From NCBI RefSeq assembly GCF_006345805.1, contig NC_043013.1, positions 30,008,001 through 30,072,000 on the forward strand: a stretch of 64,000 bases of DNA. The letters run 5' to 3'. The notes beneath the pieces are model-generated. The model ran no database searches. It had not been told where the DNA came from and saw only the letters and a list, made by a program, of their open reading frames with translations. Below, in pieces: positions 12,246 through 24,679 of this stretch (position 1 is its first letter; each line of letters starts with the position of its first letter). Source of the stretch: Octopus sinensis. Its lineage: Eukaryota. The position numbers were made by a program, and so were the translations under genes.

Positions 12246-13544
12246 TGTATATATATACATGTATATCTTATATATACATATATGATATATATATATATAT
12301 ACATTATACATATTTACATACACATACGTATATCCACTGTATATATGTATATACATATATAAACGCATGTATATATAGAGATGTATATGTACATATCTAT
12401 GTAAATAAGCTACCATATCTATCTCTCTATCTGTTTATGTACACATATACATACATTTACAAATATAGGTGCAAGTATGTATGTATATAATAATCGCACT
12501 TGAGTAATGCGTTATTTGTATTGAGGTTTTGTGTATAGCATCATATGCCAAAAAGTTCGATAATGGAAATATCTGCTGTTTCATTGTCAGTGCAGTAATC
12601 TTAGCAATGAAACGGTAAAGAAAGACAGTCCAAAATAAAATATAAAAAACGAAAGAAAATAGAAGTAAAAATACCACTTTTCTAAATAATGAAGGAATCT
12701 TCATAATAAAAACCTTGAATCGCTTTTATGTCTTTATTTACTCAATGATATAGTTGTCTGCTACCGAGAACAAATGTACGTATCAAATTGGCAGCTTCTG
12801 TCACAAACACTTCATGTTCTGAAAGATTCCGTTGTCATCAAACAATGCTATTCACCATATTTGATTATTATGCTATGAAGTTATAAAGAGAACCAACTTT
12901 TTTTTTCTGACGCAACAGTATTGCTACTTCTATTCTGTACAGCATCAATGCATTCAGACCTTTGACACTTAAATCCAACATACCTTTATTGATTCTCAAA
13001 ATGGGCGTGTAACTAGCTTTTCCGATCTTTCTCCTCTTTGAATATCGATCTATTTTCTTTGAAGTTCACCTATTAGTGAAAACTGCCTGTAACATGTTAA
13101 CAAGTGATTTATTACACTTTACGTAATGGTATCTTGTATAAAGTCTTGTTATAATGCTAAATTGAGACTTCCTGCAAGTTATCGTAGATATCTTAAAAGG
13201 AACATTATATAATATCACTAATTTATAGACATGTTTTCTAAAATATCAATTAAAATAGCAATTACTGTGAACCTTTATGCTTGTAAATACATGTCTCACT
13301 CATTCACTCTCTCTCTCTTTCTCCCTCTTTCTTAATCTAACTCATTCTCTCCTTTATGTGTGTTTTTGTGGGCGTATGCCTGTGTTCACAAGCAAATGTG
13401 TGTATACCTTTGTATGTTTATACACAGATCTCTTCACCTCTAAAGCTGAAGAAGTGACAGACCTATCAAATACATATAGAGGGGGTGTTACTAAATTGTG
13501 TAAAATTCATGAACCAATCTAAGAAAATGCTTAACGTGTATGCA

Positions 13545-13556
13545 TGTATATATATA

Positions 13557-13610
<54 letters not shown>

Positions 13611-13618
13611 TATACGTA

Positions 13619-13710
<92 letters not shown>

Positions 13711-13713
13711 GTA

Positions 13714-13770
<57 letters not shown>
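13545..13770. repeat. Long (TA)n microsatellite
   Basis: Direct inspection. Confidence 0.95.
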
Positions 13771-14080
13771 ACGCGTTGGTGTGTGAATGTGTTTAATATA
13801 TTTGTTATTAACTTAAATGTGTTGCCTGAGTGATTCGCAGCCGCATGTATTTATCCTGATGTGGCTAAACATGTCATATAACCAAATTACTGAAGTCGAT
13901 AATAGACATAAAGGGTGAATAGAAAAGTTCAATGACAACCACGCATTTCCTTCTTTTCTAGGATTTCATTAGTCATAAAAATATGATTAAGTTAATATTT
14001 AACTTTCTGAGAAGCAAGTTTGAAAAGAATATCCGCTGGAAGTGTGACGAAACAAGTAATAATGATTTCAGACTGTGACG

Positions 14081-14257
14081 CAAGGCCAACAATTTCAGGG
14101 GAGGAACTAAATCGATTACATCGACCCCAGTGCTTAACTGCTACTTATTTTGGCGACCAAGGAATGATGAAGGCAAAGTCGACCTCAGCGGAATTTGAAT
14201 GCACAACGTAAAATCGGACGAAAAACCGGCACGGTCAATATTCTACCAGTTAACCTC
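14081..14257 (-). mobile_element. SINE family B copy
   Basis: Reverse complement of ...gttcaaattccgccgaggtcgactttgcctttcatc...gggtcgatgtaatcga. Confidence 0.75.
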
Positions 14258-14280
14258 ATGAAGGAAATAAGGAGTATAGG

Positions 14281-14437
14281 TTTCAAGTTTTGGCAAATTC
14301 GGGGGCAGGGTCTAAATCGATTAGACCGACCCAGCATTTATTTTATCGACCCTGAAAAGCAAAGTCGGCCACGGTGGTCGAAATGCCGTTAAGCATATTT
14401 GTTCGACGTGTTAACAAATTTGTCAATTTGTCACTTT
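14281..14437 (-). mobile_element. SINE family B copy (internally deleted), tandem to the previous one
   Basis: aaatcgattagaccgacccagc...ttatcgaccctgaaaagcaaagtcggcc...aaatgccgttaagcat. Confidence 0.65.
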
Positions 14438-16196
14438 AAGGAAACAACTAATGTTAACGTTTAAATACTTTGATTTAACATTTCATAGAAATTATTGCAA
14501 ATGTATATAATTAATATTCAAGATGGCTCAAGATACATCCGCATTGGTTTCATATCAGATGTTTGTACGTCCCTTACATCCCAATATTATTTTGTCAGCT
14601 GTTTTACATGATTTATACAAAATTTATTCTAAGATTAATATTATCTCTTGGGTTAATAAAAATTTGTATTAAAAAATCTATTCGATATGCAAAGGTATTT
14701 TGCTCGTACAAAACAGCAATTCACTTTATATATCAATAATTTTATACAAGTATATATATTGTTTCCTTTTTCCCCTCTACAAATATACACAAGGAACCCA
14801 TATCGTTTATATAAGTTTCGTTATAATGTATTTAATATTTGCTGCCACTACAACACCTTCAAATACTGTGGGATGTATTGCAAATAAATAGCAATGGATA
14901 GTGTATTTAATGACTAAATCCAGTCTGCAAATAGTGCGAGATTAGCTTTTATGTTCAAGCCACGATTGGAAAGCTTCTCTTGATGGAGCACGTTTTCTAT
15001 GCTATTCCAATATATTTGTTTAATAAATAATCATTGTAGGTATCTAAGAGTGTGACTTTGTCAATGCTACTCGGTTATGCGGTTGGCATAAACAGCTTTG
15101 TATGTGTTTATATAGTTGATTAGGTTCTCGCAAGCCAAGTGTTTTCATAATAAATTTGGTGATTATTCAAGGTTTTATCACAATCATGCTGAACTAAGAA
15201 ATTTTCTATTAACTAAGATCTGAAATCTTTATAATAATACAGCCTATGTTTGATGGTAGTTTAGCGTAGTTTGATTGGCAAATATTATGGTCAGCCGAAA
15301 TGTCATAGTTGCACCAGTGAATAAGTTTCAGTGCGAATATTAGATATAAATTCTATAACTGCTATTATGCTTTCTTACTGCACTATTTAACTGGTGTCCA
15401 GAACACTTATTAACTTTTCTTTATTTACTGACCTCGAATACATTTTCTTGGCAAGAACTAATATATCATTATTTTATTAAGCTACTCAAGTGGGGCTAAG
15501 GGTAAATAAAGAAGTAATGAAGTGTGAAAGGCTGAAAGAACATTCTTTTTTAAGTTATTGGAATTTGCTAATTGATAATATTTCTATTAACGTTTGCAAA
15601 GGACTCGGCTCCAGTGCTTTCGTCCACGTTCTGAGAAAAACTTTAATTATTTTAAACCATACATTAAGTTTTATAAGGAGAATAGAAATTGGGCGTATGA
15701 TGGTTCGTGTATCAGTCTAGCAGTCAAATATTCATATATCAACTGCAGTGTTGTATTTCGGCAGTATTTGATTTAATAACTTATAAGGGGAAACTTTATG
15801 TAAATCGCGTGTGCTTAGGTAGCTTGCAGTACTGAGTTCAAACACTGTCTGTGGAATAAGAAAATACATATGCATTAAATGAACAATGAATGAGATGAGA
15901 TATCCACTGCACTGAACGTATTTCCTATTCGTGGTTACTTCACATGCTAGAAATAACAACCAAATCTCCACAAAATGAAACATTGCCCTCTCAAGGGCAT
16001 ATTGGATAATATAAACTGATACCCAGCATTTCTAAAAGGACGAGTTAGCCACTGAAATAACGACTTTGGTAATGAATCTGTTTGGGATTGAAATGAGATT
16101 GAACACTACCAACAATAGACATGAATGCACTAAGTTACCTGTTCAAGTATGGAAATGTCACTCAATTCTTCTGTATTATTAAATCTGTAATATAAA

Positions 16197-16380
16197 GCGA
16201 CGGGCAAAATGTTTAGGAGAATTTCGTCAGACTTTACGTTCAAATTCTGCCGAAATCGACTTTGCCTTTCATCGTCGGGGTCGATACAAAAAGTACCAGT
16301 TGAGTACTGGGGTCGATATAATTGATATATTCCCTTCCCCAAAGTTGCCCGACCTTGTGCCAAAATTTGAAATCATTATT
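16197..16380 (+). mobile_element. SINE family B copy
   Basis: gttcaaattctgccgaaatcgactttgcctttcatc...ggggtcgatac...gtactggggtcgat...ccttgtgccaaaatttgaa. Confidence 0.8.
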
Positions 16381-17538
16381 AGATATGAAATAAAGTTCAC
16401 TCAATTTTGTCTAATTATAATATGCAAAATGTACACAAAGTAATACCACCAACTCGTCTTTGGACTCTTTTCGCGATGTTCACACTTATACCCAGTCAGG
16501 TATTGATCGCAGTATATCTGGATCGGGCATCAATCTCTCACGCACCTGACAGGACTTCCATATATCATGGAGAATAATACGACTTTCCCAAACAAAATTA
16601 TCAAAATAAACCCCAGTCACTACGCACTGAAACAAAATAATATTGAATTATAAAAATTTATGTCATAGTTTATATTGTAACACTATGTGAGCTCAAGCAT
16701 ATCACGAGTACTTAAAAACAAATTGGCTTTTCTCTCATAAGGTATCGGGCTCGATCTTACTGCTTGGTGCCATGGAGAAACCATTTAGCTTTTATCTACT
16801 TCGGTTCATTCCGACCATTGTGAATGAAACTGGATACAAACTTGGCGTCTTTAACAATATTTCGATTATTAGTTTTGTTTAATTTACAAAAAAGTGATGC
16901 TATAGGTATATCCACGCATATTAGAAGTCAAATTTTAAGTCCGTAATATCCACGTTATTGTTACTAGATTTAATAAAGAAATTAGATAATATAAAAACAA
17001 AATTCTATTACACAAACGTGTTATTCATGCGAAAGAGCAACTTGTCTTCTGTGTGAATCCAATGTGCCTGAAATGCAAAGCTTCTCCTTTGTGACATAAT
17101 ATCCTGGTTTACGATTTCATGATTATGTTAAAGGAATCTATGAGATAACCAACCAATTAGACGTCAATTTAACGAGTGTCTCGCTCAGTTGCTTAAACAT
17201 TTGAATAGGCATCGTCGAAACAGCAAGATGCTCACCAATAATTTAGTTATTTCTCTATTGTAATCTGTCCCTCTTATATTCTAGTCAGTCATCTGTCTTA
17301 ACGTAGATGCAGAGACGGGTAAATGCATGTCCGCCAGTTTCGCTAACGAACACCTAAGTGATCCATTTATTCATTGAATTAGTGTGCAACCTGTTGACTA
17401 TTGCATGTGCATGTGCACCTTAAATGTAACATAATGCAGAATTAGCATCACGCAGTGTGCAACAATTCTAGTGCTGTGTGTTATAGGTAATCTATGCAAT
17501 AGACAGGCACACGAGTTCTAATTGCTCACTTTAAACCT

Positions 17539-17583
17539 TAAAGACGGCCTATGCCTTAAACCTTAAGGCATAGGCCGTCTTTA
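17539..17583. repeat. Perfect 21-bp inverted repeat with 3-nt loop
   Basis: taaagacggcctatgccttaa-acc-ttaaggcataggccgtcttta. Confidence 0.95.
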
Positions 17584-19283
17584 GACTAATGTGAAACACG
17601 CCCGGGCAAAGTGCCACGTAGTGTGACTGAACATAGGATTTTGTGACTGCGAAGCAAACGTCGTTTGTATACAACGGGATCATGCAGTGCCCATTTTGCA
17701 CACACATACCCCAACTTATGCACACACCTATATACAATTATGAATGTTTTACAGAAACATTATCATAAAATACAACAATATACTATGTTAATATTGAAAG
17801 AGAAATTCGCAAAATAAATCAATAATACAAATATTATTAATGTCAAAATACCATTTCCTTACTTCCTGGGACTAACAACATATCTTTCTTGCATCAGGTC
17901 ACCAATTTCCAAGTTAATTTCCATGGCATTTTGTAATTGCTTCTTACTGATAATTAAATTATCCAGAAATAAAAGGAAGAAGCAGTATTTATAAAGTAAA
18001 GGATGATTTTTTTCTCTCACATCCTCTTCCTGTCTCCCTCGCTTAATTACATTATAAAGTAATTTGATTATAAGAGATTTTTCAGAAGTTAGATTTCATT
18101 AGAAATAGTATCGTTGCTATGCTTCAGGAAGGCTAGTATTATCTCATAAAAGAAAATTAGCTGTCTTTGTTTAATGAAATACAAATGAAGTTTGATTTTA
18201 TCTCTTCCTTTCAGATGTGAATCGTTCAAAGTTTTCAGTATGAGATAATCACCCCGATAAAATTTGTGTCAAATGTTATGTAAAATAACTTCAAACGGTA
18301 AGTTTAACTGTGTTACGAACTCAGCTGACCAAAATAATAGCAAAAATAAACAAAAATAAAAAGTTCTCTGTGGTAAACATGTCATTGATAGAGATATTTC
18401 GGGCACAAGGATGTCGGACGATTTACAAATATAAAATGTTGAAACTGTTAGGTACCCGAGACTTCAAAATTCTACCACCAGTTATAAAAGTTTCCTTTCA
18501 TCATATTTATATGAATAGTGAAGACCTAATTCACGGATAATTCGGGAAGATCTATAGGTAATGATGTGTTGCTGGTGAACACTCCGTCTTTTTCCAAAAC
18601 ACGAGACATCCAGGACCGCATTATTCTCCATCTCTTCTAAGCGGTCGTGTGCCACTTGTTGCTAGCAGCTGGAGCAATGACCTACACGCGCCTTTATATA
18701 GAAAAATGCAAATACATGAGGAATTCTCAATTGGTGAAATGAAATTGAAGCAGAAAATTAAATAAATAAAGAGGAAACGAACAACAACCCTATGTTGTAG
18801 TTAACTTGACTTCCATGTTTTTTTCTAACGAAATGATTCTCCAATTAATATAGGTGTGTTATATTATAGTGTTACAAGTCATATATATATATTAACAATT
18901 GAGGATAAAATCTTTAAAAGAAATTATCAGTAGTTAGCGTGAAAAAACCCGTAAGAGAAAAAATCCGTGAATTTTTCCACTTTGAAAATATTTATTTATA
19001 TTATATTGAGGGTACTATTATTCGTAGATACCACACGCTAAGAGGGTCCAATGCGGTCAAAACTACTAAAATAAACAAAATTTTACCGAATGAAAAACTT
19101 CAAAGCAAATCATTTCAAAAAAAAAATTTAGTTACATATCACCTGTGATTTCGCAATTAATGCAGAATATGCATTCTATGTTCATCAGTGCAACAAACTC
19201 AAGATATATAAGAAAAAACATAACGTTACAAGCTCGATAGCCAACCGTAGAATTCGTCGTAGCATGTACGAATGTTTATCTTT

Positions 19284-19497
<214 letters not shown>

Positions 19498-20539
19498 GTG
19501 CGTATTAGCATTAAAATAGAATGTAATGTATAAATTTTTGTTTACTCCATGTAAGACTATGCCTTCCAGACAGATAAGTCTCTTAATCAGACAGATTTGT
19601 GCAAATTTTCTCAAAAAATCTTCGATGAGGTTCTTTTTCCTTTTGAAATTATTTACATGTCTATTCGACCGTTTAAAATGATTTTATTCATTAAAAGTTA
19701 TTAACATGGTCGTCGCAATGCCTAGCTTTCGTTTGTTTAATAAAAAATTCTTTCTCGTAGTGATATTGCTTTCATTTTGTGATAGACAACTATGAGGCAG
19801 AAAATGCCACCTTAGAAATCCTGTTTTCTGATTAGGTAAACTTGATTGAACTTTAAATCTCAGTAGCATTTTTTTTCATTTTTCTGGAACAAATAAATAA
19901 CAAAGTCAAAATATTATTTCAACATACCAAATTTGAAAATTTCGAGGCAATTTAATAAAATTCACACTATGTGATAGCAACAGAGAAGACCCTAGAGAGG
20001 CAGAGACACAGACAGGTTCAGGACATCGCGCGCGTGCGCGCGCACTCACGCAAACACACACATGCATTTACAAACGTACACACAGGTAATCACGAATTTA
20101 AAATGGTGTATAATAGACATATGTATGTATGCATGTATACATATGTATGTGCATGCTTCTTTGTGATAGACATCAGAAAAGCACCTACCCCTCTCTCTTT
20201 AAAGCTACGTGTAGCTCATACCCACCTTTCTTTGCATTTCTTGGCGTTTTAAAAGATAGTTTTGTGTATATACATGTGTGCATGTGTGTGAGTGTGTGTA
20301 TACATATGTCTATATATTTATGAAAGTATGAATGGAGTGTTGCATGTATATCCGTGAATTGCAGCTGTATTAACGTTATCATCCTACTGCTACTCCATAT
20401 TTGTGGCTTATACAATCATGTTCTCCCATTCCCTGATATCAATCACACTCACTATGCCACTGCATTTCCATCACACTAACATTTTTACATCCTTCTCATT
20501 TTATCAAATAACAGACCAACACCACTTTCTAAATAAATA

Positions 20540-21430
20540 GAGAGGTAGAGAGAGTGAGGGAGGAAGTTAAGGATAACGCAAGATATATAAAAAGTAGTGT
20601 CTAAGAATATAGTGTATAAAAGTAGCCAGGAAGATAACAGAGGAGGAGGAGGAGGTAAAAGAAGATAATGTAAAAGAACAAAATTAACAAAATAAAGTGA
20701 AATGAAAGGAATTTAAAGAGAATTGTAAGGCCCAGTGGTATTCTTCTAGCCTACAGGGGTTCGGGAGGAAATGCAGTAGTAAGAGCTTGTGTCCGTTCTG
20801 GCTAAGGTTAGTGGCTGTAGAATTAATTTTAGCAATGATCCTATGGGTGTGTAGGTAGTCATTCATAGAGAAACTAGTTGAATATTAAATTATTTAGGAG
20901 TAAGCGTTAGAATTAAATATTAGGGGATTTATTTGGTTATGGTCTAAAAATAAATTAAAGAATTAATATTTATCTTATAAAGTGATGAAGTAAGGTTGAT
21001 AGAAGAGATACATAGGGGTATGGGTTAATGATCATAGAGGATGTTATTGGTGGTGATTGAATTTGCATTTAGATTTATGAAGGAATTTCACGTTGCGAAG
21101 GCTTCGTTGTATTTATTATGCACTGCTGGTCCTGATTTGGGATACCAGAGTCTATTATAACCCAGGAAAGTGTATATTGTATCTTCCCATTAATCACATG
21201 ATGTACGTGGCAGGCTAGTGATGTGGAATTGCCATTCTCTTTATATCTAAACGAGTTTAAATGTGCATAACATCTTCCTTAAAATTTGGTTTATCCAATG
21301 TAGTAGCTATCGGAGTTATTTACTATGTTGTGAACGGTGCATTGGTATACATCGTTGAATCTTCTGCAATGGGCTTGCAGCGGGCAGTCTGTCCCAGATC
21401 TGCAGTTGCAGCTATCAGTTCTACGATGGT
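20540..21430 (-). mobile_element. Degenerate Penelope-like GIY-YIG remnant
   Basis: Minus frame SCNCRSGTDCPLQAHCRRFNDVYQCTV...SYYIG*TKF*GRCYAHLNSFRYKENGNSTSLACHV...YTLSWVII. Confidence 0.8.
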
Positions 21431-21434
21431 TAAT

Positions 21435-21478
<44 letters not shown>

Positions 21479-21559
21479 TGGTAGTGTTTGATAGTGGCGA
21501 TAGTAGTATTAGATGAATCGTTCGTGATATTGTCATTTCTAGTATCAATATCAACACTA

Positions 21560-21832
21560 GCTTTACCATTATCATTATTATTATTATCATTATCGTTGTC
21601 GGTATCACTATGATAATAATAATAATAATAATAACAACAACAACAATAATAATAATAATAATTATTATTATTATTAGTAGTAGTAGTAGTAGTAATAGTA
21701 GTGGTAGTAGTACCAGCAGCAGCGTCAGTCGTAGCATTAATAGTAGTAATGTTAGTATTAGCAGTGGTAGTCAGGTGATATTAGTGACGTTATTATTGCA
21801 ACTATTAATAGTAGCGTTTGTGGTAGGAGTGT

Positions 21833-21864
<32 letters not shown>

Positions 21865-21960
21865 TTTTTAGTAATGGTAATATTGCCGTTGGTGCTAATA
21901 TCAATATTATTACTAGTCCTATTAGTAATAGTCCTATTATTACTAGTCCTATAATCGTAA
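21560..21960. repeat. Compound trinucleotide tract (TAT/TAA/CAA/TAG)n
   Basis: Direct inspection; explains the poly-I/T/S/V ORFs. Confidence 0.9.
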
Positions 21961-22024
21961 CGGCACTTTCCTAGCGTACCTAAACACCCCATATTTTGTA
22001 TATATATATTTACATATTTACATA

Positions 22025-22055
<31 letters not shown>

Positions 22056-22063
22056 GTAAATAC

Positions 22064-22204
22064 AATATGTGGCAATTATTCGGTAGCCATGATAAAACTC
22101 CGAGTTTCGATGTCCGGATAAGTGAAAAGATGGCGGCATGGGTTTCCTCCCCGGCATCTGAAACTCGGAGATTTTTCGTGGCTACCGAATAATTGTCACA
22201 AATT
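22064..22204. mobile_element. Small MITE-like hairpin, ~50-bp inverted repeats
   Basis: tgtggcaattattcggtagccatgataaaactccgagtttc is inverted as gaaactcggagatttttcgtggctaccgaataattgtcaca. Confidence 0.8.
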
Positions 22205-22283
22205 ATATTTTCAGATAAATTCCTCTATTTACATAATATCGAAGTCTCTTTCATTCTTTTGTTGTCTTACCATTTCTATCAAT

Positions 22284-22316
<33 letters not shown>

Positions 22317-23817
22317 CACTCTCACACACACACATATATATATATAAACATCTTCTAGATAGTATATCTACTAACACTGAAATAAAAATTTTAAATTATT
22401 CTGATGCCTTGGATGAACTTCTTGTTTTTGCTGCTTGAAAATAAATAATATTGTTTTCTTGGTGTGAAAATACAAATAGGTGTCCATAGTAGCGATTACA
22501 AGTATTTTGGCTTATGGGCTAATTCGCTAAGATGACAAGAGGAAGTGCGACTGCAAAACATACTTAATACAGGCTAAAGCAGAAAGTTAACGAAAGAATA
22601 ACAGTAGAATATAAATTATTGCTGTAATTATTGGTATTTAGCTGCATATCAGTTCTGATAGAGAATACGTATATTCAATGTTGCTGCAACCATTTGTATG
22701 TCATGATGGTATGGTTTAACAACTGTATATGGTCTTTGATTACCATTATCAGAGAAGATATATTTGCAAGCATTCCGACGGTATACTCGGTTTTCCTCTT
22801 TTGTAAGTCATTCAAATATGCCATAAGAGTTCGGTTTCTTTGTCCCAGAATGTTGTAAAAAGGCAGGGAATCAAATATTAGATATTATCTAATGAACACC
22901 GTACTGTTTTATGACACTAGCCTATGATTTGAGGGAAATTTGGTTATTAATTCTAGCAATTAAAAAGGACTGTTGTTCATGCTGCTTGTGTGATAAATAA
23001 TTTTTGATTTAATATTTTGATATATAAAATTATGTAAATATATATTATTATTCATAAATAATATATAAGCTTATGCAATAAAGTTTTCTTAAATTTTATT
23101 TCTAACATAAAAGGAAGCACTCATAAAACATTAAAGTAACGAATAGATTGTTAAACTATTGAATCAACTAGTGTAGAGGAAATATATAACGCATATATAT
23201 AGTTTGTTCAATAGACGCACAGTCTCAAAGGATTGATAGAAAACAAATATTGCTTAACTATGAAAAATATGAGTTATATATAGTTATATTTCAGAATAGA
23301 ATCTGGTCTAAGTTTGTAAACAGTAAAAGTTGCTATTGTAGTAACCGCTAACAATCGCTGTGTGGGTGGATCGTAAAAACAAACATGGAAATGGACCTTT
23401 TTTAACAACGAAAAAACAGAGTACAAGACAATCAATCAAGGAAAATTCCCCTTCATCAGCTGTCCCTAGTTCGACTCCATGCGTGTTTCGAAGGTAAGGA
23501 CAGAACACGACTCGTCGAACTAGCCCTTCCTGCGAAAGAATTAAATAAAATTCCTTTGCAGGGGGGTAAAAACAAGGAAAGAAAAAAATGTGACAAAAAC
23601 AGGACGTAAAAACGATAAAATATATTTACAAAATAAAAAAAAAACAAATACAAAATAAAAATACAATTACAAAAAATACAGTACAAGAAATAAAAATAAA
23701 CAAGGAAACAAACAATGAGGGCCTTTTTTGGCCTAGACGAGGAAAAATTCAAGAACGCAGGAAAAAAGCGTGTTCACTTGTAGGAGGCCGCCAGCGAAAG
23801 GAAGTTGGCCGACCCGG

Positions 23818-23857
<40 letters not shown>

Positions 23858-24224
23858 TATTTATATGCATGAGTATGAATATACATGTAGTATTCATATA
23901 GATACGTACATATATATCTTATATATAAGTATATATGCATACACACTTATAGGTATATATTTATATGTGTAATATAAAGTTGAGTGTTACCCATTACGAG
24001 GTGAAGCCTTTATTCATACCTTTTCCACTATGGGTAGGATCAGGGAATATGTGATGCTGTCAATTATAATAAAACTTACTGCAAAATTTTTAATATTATA
24101 CTCATTTTCAAAAGAGAAGTATATAATGCTTTAAAGCAACATTAAGTGAATTTGTATATCTCTTTTGCTCCGTCTTTCACTCTTTCTATACTATATAAAA
24201 TGCAACTGGAGAAATCGACATACG

Positions 24225-24370
24225 AACCAACCAACAGACCAATCAACCAACCAACCAACCAACCAACCAACCAACCAACCAACCAACCAACTAACCAACC
24301 AACCAGCCAACCAGCCAACCAACCAACCAACCAACCAACAAACCAACCAACCAACAAACCAACCAACCAA
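24225..24370. repeat. (AACC)n microsatellite
   Basis: Direct inspection. Confidence 0.95.
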
Positions 24371-24487
24371 ATTTATATCACCTTAGATGTGCGTGTTTAT
24401 ATGCATATGTGTTTGTGTGTATATATATATGTGTGTGTGTGTGTTTGTATATGTGTGTGTGTGTGTGTGTGTGGTGTGTGTGTGTGT

Positions 24488-24526
24488 TCTTTTCTGTCGA
24501 AGAGCGTAAGCTCGAAACGTAAAAGA
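24488..24526 (+). ncRNA. Minimal type-I hammerhead-like motif (variant core) in a Penelope-like terminal repeat
   Basis: tctttt-CTGTCGA-A-GAGC-GTAA-GCTC-GAAAC-GTA-aaaga; A6 is replaced by U. Confidence 0.5.
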
Positions 24527-24592
24527 CTTTCTCACTTCCCGAGCGTTAAACTAATACATCTGTTTGTTGTTTACACACCCGTCTTCGTCTTT

Positions 24593-24679
<87 letters not shown>

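Noticed and set aside
12435-12704. ORF with an apparent type-II transmembrane anchor (MKIPSLFRKVVFLLLFSF...)
   Set aside because: The hydrophobicity comes from a T-rich tract, the frame runs into microsatellite, and there is no splice or homology support
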